Below are positions 8,683 through 18,600 of a stretch of 58,336 bases of DNA, one piece after another. The stretch covers positions 1 through 58,336 of IMG/VR virus record IMGVR_UViG_3300028196_000015. One strand, given 5' to 3'. The first letter of the stretch is position 1. Every line of letters begins with the position of its first letter. The notes beneath the pieces are model-generated. The model had not been told where the DNA came from. It was given only the letters and a program-made list of their open reading frames with translations, and did no database searches. The stretch comes from a virus (Duplodnaviria; Caudoviricetes). A program made the translations under genes and the position numbers.

Positions 8683-9774
8683 TCACCCCTCTTGATTTGT
8701 CTGTGTTTGCTCAAATTCAGCATCGATTTTGTCATATAGTTCAACAAACGTTGATTTAGTTTCATCATCGAAACGATTAAGACACACTTTGATTGCTTTG
8801 TCCTTTTTACCGAAGATAGAATATGCTTTGATAATATGAACAAGGCGACGAGTACTGATTACTTCATCAATACCACCATCATTAAAAGTTTTGCGAATAA
8901 TATCAGACCAATTACATAGATGTGCAATGAAGTCAGTATGCTCACTAACCATAGGAATTTTAAGAGACTCTGCAATTTTAGTCAAGATTTTAGTCTCAGT
9001 AGCAACAGTTGGATATTGTTGCTCAAACGTTACTGGGAATCTTTCAAGGAATGCTTCGTTGAGCACATTAGTTCCAATAAATCGTCCGTCGTCGGAACCT
9101 TTACCCTTAGTGTTTGCGGTTGCGATGACATTGAAACCTGCACTGGGACGAACAAACTGTCCAATTTTTTTGAGGAAGACTCCATTTCCTTCTAGAACAG
9201 ACTGAAGACAGAGGATTTTGTTTGATGCCAGGTCGATTTCATCCAAAAGGAGGATTGCACCTCGTTCGAGTGCTTCGATGACTGGACCATTGTGCCATGC
9301 AGTATTCCCATCAACAAGCCGGAAACCACCCACAAGGTCATCTTCATCTGTTTCAATAGTAATGTTTACACGAATTAGTTCTCTTCCAAGTTGAGCACAT
9401 GCTTGCTCCACACCAAACGTCTTGCCATTACCAGAAAGACCAGTAATGAACGTAGGATAGAACATATTAGACTGAATAACCTTTTTAATATCCGTGAAGT
9501 TCCCGAACGGGACAAATGTGTCATCTTTATCAGGAACAAGGTTCATTTCTTCCCGTTCGGGAACAGGAATAGCAGCAGGTGCTTCATAGGTTTGCTCAAG
9601 TTCTTGAACAGTTGATTCAAGATTCCACTTACCACGTCCAACTTTATATTGTTGAAGATATTTAGAAAGAGTTGCGTAAGATGTATTCATTTCCGATGCA
9701 ACCATCTTCACAGCATCAGCACCAAATTCAGTACCATAGTTTTGCTTGAGGATAGTCAGTGCGTGTTCGGTCAT
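8683..9774 (-). CDS. cobS: CobS-like MoxR-family AAA+ ATPase
   Basis: Walker A GLSGNGKT, Walker B LLLDEID, ATANTKGKG, LNEAFLERF, ISTRRL. Confidence 0.92.
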   Translation of the reverse strand: MTEHALTILKQNYGTEFGADAVKMVASEMNTSYATLSKYLQQYKVGRGKWNLESTVQELEQTYEAPAAIPVPEREEMNLVPDKDDTFVPFGNFTDIKKVIQSNMFYPTFITGLSGNGKTFGVEQACAQLGRELIRVNITIETDEDDLVGGFRLVDGNTAWHNGPVIEALERGAILLLDEIDLASNKILCLQSVLEGNGVFLKKIGQFVRPSAGFNVIATANTKGKGSDDGRFIGTNVLNEAFLERFPVTFEQQYPTVATETKILTKIAESLKIPMVSEHTDFIAHLCNWSDIIRKTFNDGGIDEVISTRRLVHIIKAYSIFGKKDKAIKVCLNRFDDETKSTFVELYDKIDAEFEQTQTNQEG

Positions 9775-9797
9775 GGGGTTTGTTTGATTACCTTGTA

Positions 9798-9854
9798 ATT
9801 ATAGGGCAGAATGGGGCAGAATGGGAGGCAGAGTGGTCACCCCCTGAACTGGTC
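9798..9854 (-). promoter_or_regulatory. promoter with TATAAT and upstream motif (site B), upstream of cobS
   Basis: Minus strand GACCAGTTCAGGGGGTGACCAC (9854-9833), 29 nt containing repeated TCTGCC units, TATAAT (9803-9798). Confidence 0.65.
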
Positions 9855-9870
9855 AGTTCGTGGGCAGGTC

Positions 9871-10053
9871 TCACTCAGGGACCATCTCAACAATCGATTT
9901 AGTATATCCCGTGATAGGGTCATGAATAGTTTTCATTTTATGAGTGAATCCAGGAATTGAGGTCATTTCCATTTTCATTCCCTTCATTCCAACATGAAAG
10001 TTTTGACCATTACTAAAAGACTTATCTTTGATACTAAGAACTGTGTTATACAT
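9871..10053 (-). CDS. hypothetical protein
   Basis: 60-aa ORF between the CobT-like gene and cobS. Confidence 0.55.
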   Translation of the reverse strand: MYNTVLSIKDKSFSNGQNFHVGMKGMKMEMTSIPGFTHKMKTIHDPITGYTKSIVEMVPE

Positions 10054-10086
10054 AATTAAATTTTATTGATAAAAAAAATAGCAGAA

Positions 10087-12255
10087 TCAGGCAATAAGTT
10101 CAACAAAAGAACCAAGCATTTTTTTGTTGGTCTTTTTCCTCTTAAGCATTTTAGTAAATGCAGACTTAATTTGTGCCTTAGTTGCATCTTCAGGAACATT
10201 GAATTCTTCATCCTGAGCAAGAGAAGATGCAGCAACCACATTGAACTGGTCAAATCCAGTGTCTTCAAATTGAACACAACTTTGCTTTCTGTAGATAGCA
10301 GAAACCTCATCATAAGAAGAATTTCCAGATCCATACCAGCTCCAGCAAGTACGGAAATCCCGAGAAGGAGTGATACGGAAGTTGATTAAATTTACTGTAG
10401 AAAACTTATCCTTAAGAGTTTGTAAAAGAATCTTTGCATACTTAGGGAAATTATCATACTCAAATGGTGCATAAACACGACCAGTCTTCCTATCACGAAT
10501 AGTTGTACGATTCCTTCTAGTAAAACCAACATACTTGTGGTCAGGGTCACGATATGAAGTACGTTCAACAGTAATTGCATTCTGATAACCTTCACCATCA
10601 GTGAGAAGAACAACATTTACTTTTTGAAGTTTGTTCTTCTTTTGAAACATCGGAATAACTTCATGCATTACCATCAAAGTTTCACCCAAAGGAGTTCCCG
10701 AAAGTTCCAAATGTGGAGGAGCATATCCACGATGATACTGATAAGAGTATGCAACAGCCCAGATATTCTTCAGTTGCTCCTCAAGAACACGATTGTTAGT
10801 GCTGCTAGTAAAGTAATTCATCAAACGAAAGGATTCTTCTGGGGCAATAATTCCAGCAACCTTTTCATAAGTAGGGAGATGATCTTTCTGATGATTAATG
10901 TAAGAAGAAGGGTCCATAGTGAACGCATAAACCTCAAATGGAATGTTCACTTTACGGCAGAACCAAACTAGGTTCAGAAGTTGCTTGTAAGCATCTAGAA
11001 GGAAGTTACCCATAGAACCAGACCAATCCATAATAAAAATTAGTCCATGGTTTTTGCCGTCAGGAATGACAGAAACTTTCTTGAATAGATCTTCATTGTA
11101 CTTGTAACTATGAAGTTTAGATGTATCAAGGACACCAGTACGAGCAACAGAAGAACGAGCATATTGATCAGCAGACTTTTTACACTCAAACTCCTTTACA
11201 AGATAAGAAACTTCTTTCTCTGCACTTTTCTTGTACTTAGTATACTCCTGACAAGCAAATTCAAAATACTCCTTGATGTATTGATTATCAATATTATAAT
11301 AAGCAGTTGCTGCCTGGTGAATATAGTCGTTAGGAATAATTGTATTGTCAAGATTCCACTTAGGAAGTTCAACATAGGTTGTATCAGAAGCATTCCTATT
11401 CACCAATTCTTGTGCTTTTTCATCAAAAGAACGAGAAGTAGTTGACTTCAATTCATCATTTCCATCTCTTGAAGGGGATGTTCCACCACCACCAGAAGAT
11501 TCCTTAGAAGTAGTATCAGAAGACTCATTTTCCGAGTCAGAATTATCAGATTTACCTTGACCTTGAGAAGAATTATCATTTTTCTCCTGAGTATTTTCGG
11601 AAGAATCGTTTTCTTCACTATCACCTTCAGTGTCTCCATTATCATCAGAGTTGGATTCATCACTGGTCCCAGAAGGGAAAGGAATATTAGAAAGTTGTTC
11701 TTTTTTCTTATACTTTACATATTCTACAATTTCCCGAGAAAGATTCAAAACATCTACAAAAGATTCAGTCTGAATTGCACGGGTCAAAAACTCGTTCTCT
11801 TCGTCAGAAAAAGCAATGTTATGAAATGCACCAATTTTATAATAAAGATTGATACGATCAATGAAAGAAAGTTCATCAAGGTTTTCCTCATTAGTAGAAA
11901 AGAAATCCTCAGTATTCAATTCATTATAACCGTTGTAAAAAGTTCTAGAAAGACCAGGATACTTTTGTTTCATAAGACGTTCAACACGAACATCTTCTAG
12001 GACATTTACAAAATCCATAGGAACTTCAGGATAATCGATAGTCCAATCGATATTATCAGTAAAAAGAGCATGGCCAACTTCATGACCAACAAGGAGGTCA
12101 TAAACAATTGGAGATGCTTTATCCCAAGTAGGAAGAACCAACACACGACGGTCAACATCAAAGGATGCAGTTGAAACTTGCTTATGCTCAATAATGAGAT
12201 TTTCAGTTGCCAGACATTTGGCAAGAGAACCTTTGACTTCTAGGTTGACAGACAT
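10087..12255 (-). CDS. CobT-like protein: N-terminal HExxH metallopeptidase-like domain, acidic linker, C-terminal VWA domain
   Basis: GHEVGHALFT and NVLEDVRVE; S/D/E-rich linker; MIDAS motif DWSGSM, GTP and LTDGE. Confidence 0.85.
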   Translation of the reverse strand: MSVNLEVKGSLAKCLATENLIIEHKQVSTASFDVDRRVLVLPTWDKASPIVYDLLVGHEVGHALFTDNIDWTIDYPEVPMDFVNVLEDVRVERLMKQKYPGLSRTFYNGYNELNTEDFFSTNEENLDELSFIDRINLYYKIGAFHNIAFSDEENEFLTRAIQTESFVDVLNLSREIVEYVKYKKKEQLSNIPFPSGTSDESNSDDNGDTEGDSEENDSSENTQEKNDNSSQGQGKSDNSDSENESSDTTSKESSGGGGTSPSRDGNDELKSTTSRSFDEKAQELVNRNASDTTYVELPKWNLDNTIIPNDYIHQAATAYYNIDNQYIKEYFEFACQEYTKYKKSAEKEVSYLVKEFECKKSADQYARSSVARTGVLDTSKLHSYKYNEDLFKKVSVIPDGKNHGLIFIMDWSGSMGNFLLDAYKQLLNLVWFCRKVNIPFEVYAFTMDPSSYINHQKDHLPTYEKVAGIIAPEESFRLMNYFTSSTNNRVLEEQLKNIWAVAYSYQYHRGYAPPHLELSGTPLGETLMVMHEVIPMFQKKNKLQKVNVVLLTDGEGYQNAITVERTSYRDPDHKYVGFTRRNRTTIRDRKTGRVYAPFEYDNFPKYAKILLQTLKDKFSTVNLINFRITPSRDFRTCWSWYGSGNSSYDEVSAIYRKQSCVQFEDTGFDQFNVVAASSLAQDEEFNVPEDATKAQIKSAFTKMLKRKKTNKKMLGSFVELIA

Positions 12256-12279
12256 CTGATGTGCTTCTGAACTCCCTGT

Positions 12280-12336
12280 ATTATGGCATAAAAAAGGGGG
12301 GTCATCACGCCCCCTCAGACACTAATAAAACCGTCT
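12280..12336 (-). promoter_or_regulatory. promoter with TG-C-CATAAT and upstream motif (site D)
   Basis: Minus strand AGACGGTTTTATTAGTGTCTGA (12336-12315), 29 nt, CATAAT (12285-12280). Confidence 0.5.
12290..12316 (-). terminator. rho-independent terminator
   Basis: GAGGGGG-CGTGATGA-CCCCCC followed by TTTTTT on the minus strand. Confidence 0.7.
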
Positions 12337-12387
12337 ACCACCAAAGACGGGTCTTGGTTCTCAAAGATACAAAGAAACCTCAAGACA
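12290..12387 (-). ncRNA. candidate ~100-nt structured small RNA
   Basis: Bounded by a sigma70 promoter and a terminator; hairpins GTCTT...AAGAC and CCGTCT-TTGGTGGT-AGACGG; no credible ORF. Confidence 0.5.
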
Positions 12388-12392
12388 AGTAT

Positions 12393-12421
12393 ATAGTATC
12401 ACTGAATCTTGAGGTTGTCAA
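12393..12421 (-). promoter_or_regulatory. sigma70-type promoter
   Basis: TTGACA (12421-12416), 17 nt, TACTAT (12398-12393). Confidence 0.75.
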
Positions 12422-12423
12422 TG

Positions 12424-12453
12424 TTGACAAATATAATGGTTTTTTAGTAAAAT
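12424..12453 (+). promoter_or_regulatory. possible divergent sigma70 promoter (antisense to the adjacent ORF)
   Basis: TTGACA (12424-12429), 18 nt, TAAAAT (12448-12453). Confidence 0.45.
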
Positions 12454-12623
12454 CACTCTGTTGGGTTTGAAGATTCCTCTAGTTCATTAAGAGCTTCTAA
12501 TGCACCTTGTACTTTTAAGAATTGTTCTTTTTTCTGGTTGAATTCAGTTTCAAGTTCAACTAGTCTATCACGGAGTTCTTCTGCATTTTTAGTCAGAGTC
12601 TCCTTCATTTTTGTGGCATCCAT
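12453..12623 (-). CDS. small coiled-coil protein (56 aa), possible fibre assembly chaperone
   Basis: Manual translation MDATKMKETLTKNAEELRDRLVELETEFNQKKEQFLKVQGALEALNELEESSNPTE; TAAATA box upstream; immediately follows the fibre gene. Confidence 0.7.
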   Translation of the reverse strand: MDATKMKETLTKNAEELRDRLVELETEFNQKKEQFLKVQGALEALNELEESSNPTE

Positions 12624-12661
12624 AGTGTTATTATTATAAAATTACTACAAATTTATTTATA

Positions 12662-15600
12662 TCACCAGTTTTTGGTTGTCTTTGGACCAACATAATATGC
12701 TTTGATAACAGGGAGCAATCCAAGATAAGGATTTCTCAAATCAACCTGAGTTTGACCACCATCTGCATCACCACCACTTTGACCAATTTGATGGTTGTGT
12801 ACGTCATACGTACTTACTGTAGTAGTATGATTATGTTTTCCCTCTTCATTTATATTATGAGTATGCTGGGCATCTTGCTGGATTTGTAACTGATGCGTGT
12901 GAGTTCCACCTGTTTCAGTATTAGCAGGGTGTCCATGTCCACCATCACCCCCAATCTCGTGGGCATGTTTTGCCTTCTCACTAGTTGAACCACCATGTGA
13001 ATGACCATCATGTTTAGACAAAGTTATCGGGTGATCATGAGCAGATGTTGGTTGCACTTCAACAGCCAATGGGTGTGTATGTGATCCGTTTTGAGTAGTA
13101 CTACCACCATGGTTATGTTTTCCATTCTGTTCTATAGTAAGCTGGTGACCATGGCTACCCTCTTGCCCTAGAGTAACACCAGGCTTGTTCTCTGCAGTCG
13201 AATGTTTAGAAAAATCACCAGAACGTTCCCTGTCCCCATCACCACCTTGACCATTAACTTTTTCTATACCACCGTGAGTATGATTATTAACTGTTGCCTG
13301 ATGATTGTGTAGTCCATCAGCAGCAGCAGTTCCTGGGTGACGATGGTAACCATTTGAATTCATTTGTAACTGATGCTGGTGTCCATCATGGTTTCCTATT
13401 GAAGCCGCAACTGGGTGGTCATGTGCTGCGGCATCTCCGATTTCGCCTGTATGTATGTGTTGTCCATTTTCTTGTGTCTGGAAATTATGTTTGTGATATC
13501 CACTAGAACCAGTAGCAGAGGTATGATCATGGTTGTCAACTGGTCCAAGTTGAACTCCATGGTTGTGCCCAGTATGCTGTGTTATACGTGAGTTGGTATT
13601 ATTATGATCATGCTTACCAGACGCATCATTATTATGATCATGATAACCATTTGAATTAAGATTCACATTATGACTATGTTTTCCATTCTGGGTCAAAGTG
13701 TGAGTATGTGCTGGAATATCTCGTAGGCTCATACTATGAGTATTTGCACCACCAGTTTCACCAACATCATAATTACTACCACCAGCACCACCCATTGGGA
13801 CTCTGTTCATTAGATTTGGAAGTGTTCCTTTAGTGCTTCCGAAAGTTTTATCTAATAAATTGTGTAGATAAGTATAGTCTGCTGTTTTTCCTTGGATTGA
13901 TCTAACACCAGAATTGACTACACCACCATTACAAACAAGGTATCCTTCTGGTGCAGTAGAAGCTGCAAAGTAATGAACAGAACCAATTGGTGGTTCTTGC
14001 TGCATCCACATCCACTCAACACCAAGAGTTTTACTACTATTTGCAACTAATACTTGGTCATTAGTACCAACATCAAGCATCTCTGCTCTATTCTGCTCTT
14101 TACCAACAGCTAATTGTCCTTTTGCTGTCCATCCTTCATCGTCAAGGACCATACCTTGACCACCAAGAGCAACAATGTGGCAGGATTGACCTGCTAATGG
14201 TGCTCTGATAAACTGAATTTTTGATTGATATGTTAAAGGAGATGTGCTCTGAATTGGAATAATATAATCAGCATCGGGTTCCAATAAAGTATCGTCATTT
14301 AGATATACAAGTAAGTTTGCAGCACCTTCAGGTGTAAATGCAACACTGTCTGGAGAAAATAAGTTGAATGTTTTCTTACTGCCATTAAACTGTGATGCAA
14401 TAGACAAAAGTCTGAATGAATTACCTTTTGGATAAGCAGTTAATGTAATTGGTGGTTGAGGAACATAAGTTAAAGTATTAACCAAATCTTGAAGTTGAAT
14501 TATGGTATCACTACCATCTGCTCTTAAGAAGTTTGACTGTCCGTTTGTTATACCACCATTGGTCTTAATGAATCTCCTAGCATTTAAATCATTTTTAAAT
14601 TCAGAATCACTATTAACACATAATCCTTGACCGATTGAAACGTTCTTAGCAATACCAACACCACCATCAAATTGAACAGCACCTGTATTAACATTGCATA
14701 ATGTATTGTTAGTAGTTTTACCGAAAACAGTAGTACCATCAATGGTGACGTTATCCTTTAATGTTAATTCACCTTCAATTGTAACGGTACTATTGAATAC
14801 TGCTGGTCCAATTTTTCCACAAACATAAAGATTCTTAGCAATCCCAACACCACCAGCAACTCGTAAAGCACCAGTTGTGCAAGAAGTTGATTCTCTAGTT
14901 CCTCTTAATAATACAAAACTCGAACTTGTACTATTACCAATATTAATTGAAGTTGCATCTTGGAATGCATTTAGTGTTGTTACACTTGAATTCAGTAAGT
15001 TAAAAACTCCTGTTGTTGGAGTAGTAATATCATTTCCACCAACATCTAAGTCACCTAAGATACTAGTATTACCACTAGTATCAATCTTTAATTTTGTTTC
15101 ACTTGCTCTATCAAAATCTTCACTTCCTGCAGCAGTTGTTGTTGATGGGTTTGCAAGTTTCCAAGAATTTCCATCACTAGCATCGATACCAGAATACCAA
15201 CGAATATTTCCATTATTTTTTGATCTATGCCAAGAGAGAACAGCATCACCGTTTCCTTTCTGGTCTATTTTTAAGTGATTTCCGGCAAGTTCTGTACCAC
15301 TATTATTTTGTTCAAAGTGAAAATGTCCAAGTGGTGTAATATGGAAGTTTTGATTAGTACCGACAGTAAATTTAATGTCAGCACCAGAATCTAGTGCTTC
15401 AACAGTTAAAGTAGTATTTTCTCCCCTCTTTGCAACTCTTGCATCTCCATTAGAGAAAGCATCAATTGTAAAAGTTCCATCACTATAGATATCATCACGG
15501 GTATGTAATGCTAGTTTTGCAGACCCAGAAGTATTACCAATGCCCAAATCAAAATTAGCACTATCAGTTCCAACATTAATTGTTTTGATTTCTAACTTAG

Positions 15601-18600
15601 CACTAATGGCAGTACCAATACCCAAATCATCTCTAACACCCCAAGTTTGATAAACATTCGCATTTATATTGGAAAGAATTTGTAAATTATCTTCAATTCT
15701 TACAACACCATTTCTATCATTAGGGTCACTATCTAATACTAAAGCACCACTTCCAGAAAGTTTGGTTATTGCATTATCATTGAAAATACCAATGTTAATG
15801 TTACCAAATCTACCACCAATTCCATAAACGTTAGATATGAAATCAACTCTACTAGTAAATGTAGAGAAACCAGTAACTTCTACATTGTGGAACTCTTGAG
15901 TTCCACCTTCGCAAAGAATGGTTCTATAACGTAAATTTCCAAGGTCATCTATAGCTTCATTAGAAAATCTTCCAGTTCCACGTACTAGAATATCATCAAA
16001 GGTCACATCACCTAAAGATTGTGGTTGGTCAAGTGTTAATGCACCTGTTATTTGAACATTCTCTAAAATCGTTTGATCACTTACATTTAATCTTACTAGA
16101 TTTTCTGGAGTATTGACATTACCGATACCAAGATGATCAATCATCAAAGTCTTTTCATCGGCTTTTTCACTAATAAATCCCCATGGTTTCCACTGACTGT
16201 CTATGTAGATATAACCAGCATAACCATCAGTTGGATTTGAAATTAGAGAAATATCACCAGGTGCTTTTGCACTAAACGTTGGAGTAGCAATACCAACTGT
16301 TATTAATTTTGCTTGGGTTACATTTCCCTTAATATATAAATTTTTAGTTTCAATTCCTAACTCAGATGTATTAGTTACCTTATTTGTAAAGTTTACTGGA
16401 CCATAGAACTGTGATGTTTGATTAGTATTCTCTCCACCCTCAACAGTAATTCTTCTTCTTACTAGAAGTTCATCAAAAATTCCACTTGAAAGATTGTTAT
16501 TTTCCCCTTCAGCATCATCACCAGTATACGTAATAACAGGTGCATCAACTACACTCTCCTCACCAGTTGCTGAACTTAGTTTCTTGCTTCCAGAGAAGAA
16601 TTCACCAAGGTCATTCATACCAGTATAAACAACTGAACCACCCCGTTGTTCTTTTGACTGGGACTTAAGAACTTCTTGCTCAGAAAGAATTCTATTTTGC
16701 TTCTGAGGCATACCTGTTGAGTAGTTACCAGGACCAAATCCGAGATACTCGAAAGTATGACCAGATGCTCTCATGAAAGAAGGTCTTCTCAATTCTGAAG
16801 GAATTGGAGCAACCTTTCTTGCTAATGTATTTGCAAGTGCAGTAGTTTTAAATGTTCCAAACTGTCCACGAAGAACAGTAAATGGATTGGAAGAACCAGA
16901 AATTCTTACAATTTCATTATTAATTTGATAGTATTCACCCCTAACTATTGAATCTGGGTCACTGAAACTAATTGTAGTTCCTGCATTATTGAAGGAAGTA
17001 TCTACATAATTAGTCTTTTTATCATATATTGTTACTGCTCTTGATGCAATATTTTCTTCTCCTCTACCAAGAATCTTTCCATTTGCTGCAAAAATTTTCC
17101 TTACTACTTTACCAGTTGAAGAAGTAGCAGTGGAACCTGCTCCCAAAAGTTGAACAGTAAATGTAGTTAATCCAACAATATCTTTAATTATGAAATTGGA
17201 ATCAAATGCAGATAATCCAGTTCCTACAATGTTTATATCATTTCCAGAAAATAAACCATGAGAATTGGATGTGGTAATTGTTGTAATACCAGACTTTATG
17301 TCTGATAATTCTAATGATGAAACTGAAGAAACATTACCAGATGGAATTACATAACCCAACTCACCACTACTATTTGGGTCATTAGTACTAATTCCTAAAG
17401 GAGCACTTAGTTCAATTATTTTTGCCGATGGAATATTTGAAATTTCAAAGGAATTATTTAAATCATTAACATAAAAACCATTTACTTCAATGGAATCATT
17501 ACTGTTATCATTAATTGCTGTAACAGTTACAGTAGAGTTTATTACTCCCCCAGGAACACTTAATGTATCACCAACTGTATATGCAGAACCATAATCCAAA
17601 AGTTGAATATTTGAAATTGAACCAGTAGCATCGGTAGTTACTTTTACAGTAGCACCTTCACCATTTGAAGAAATTGCTGCTAGTTTTACAGAATATAAAG
17701 TTGCTGATGGCTGGTAACCAGAACCAGGAAGGAATGTTAAAGTCTTAATTGAATTTAAATTATGCTCTACGTCTGTATAGACAGTAATATTGGAATTATT
17801 AACTCCTGATAAATCTAGTTGAGTTACTGCATATCCAACTTTAGTTCCCTTAATAAAATAATCAACACCTTCTCTAGTAACTGAATGACGTTTGTCATCA
17901 GTGATTACATCACCAATGACCTTCAAGTCGGCATAGCTTACTGCTGATTTTGGGTTAGTATTTAAGTTATCTCTATCTTGTTGTGGATATAGATTTCTTA
18001 CGTCCTGTGAGAATTGCTTTTCATATAAATTATAACCAACAGTAGATACTGGAGATACTGATGAATTTAAACAAATTAAGTGATATACACCATCTTGTCC
18101 ATCATCACCAGGAACATGTTTTTTAACTTGATTTACACGGTAGATGAAGTATGACTCTTTATACTCATCTCTTGAAACTACTGGTAATGCTTCTCTTTGT
18201 TGCCTGGTATTCCTTAAGTCAATATCATTTGTAAATGTACCAGGTTCTACTTTTACACCATCAGTAATATATTGGAATTGCTTACTATTGATGATATTTG
18301 TAACAGTGTAAATTCCATTAAAAGTAGAGACAATACCTACAGAAAGTGGATTATTTGCACTTCTTATTTTCTGTAACTTTACTTCATCACCTTCAATAAA
18401 ACCATGAGGCAATTCCGTCGTTATAGTAATAACTTGTGAACCAGCAATTACTGGTGCTGAAATTGCATCAACGATAACTCTTTCGTTTCTTAAATCCTTT
18501 GTGCTAGTTAAAACATCGTTTGTAAACGAAACACTAGTTATGCCAACTGTCTTTGATTCTTGAACTACATATCCTGCTTCAGGTGGTTTGGCATTATCGT

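Noticed and set aside
8683-9774. cobS as proof of phage cobalamin biosynthesis
   Set aside because: No cobN or other cob genes in the window; the motifs only establish a MoxR-type AAA+ ATPase
10056-12470. Alternative-frame ORFs overlapping the CobT-like gene and its upstream region
   Set aside because: Leu/Ile-rich off-frame translations typical of AT-rich coding DNA; no RBS or motifs
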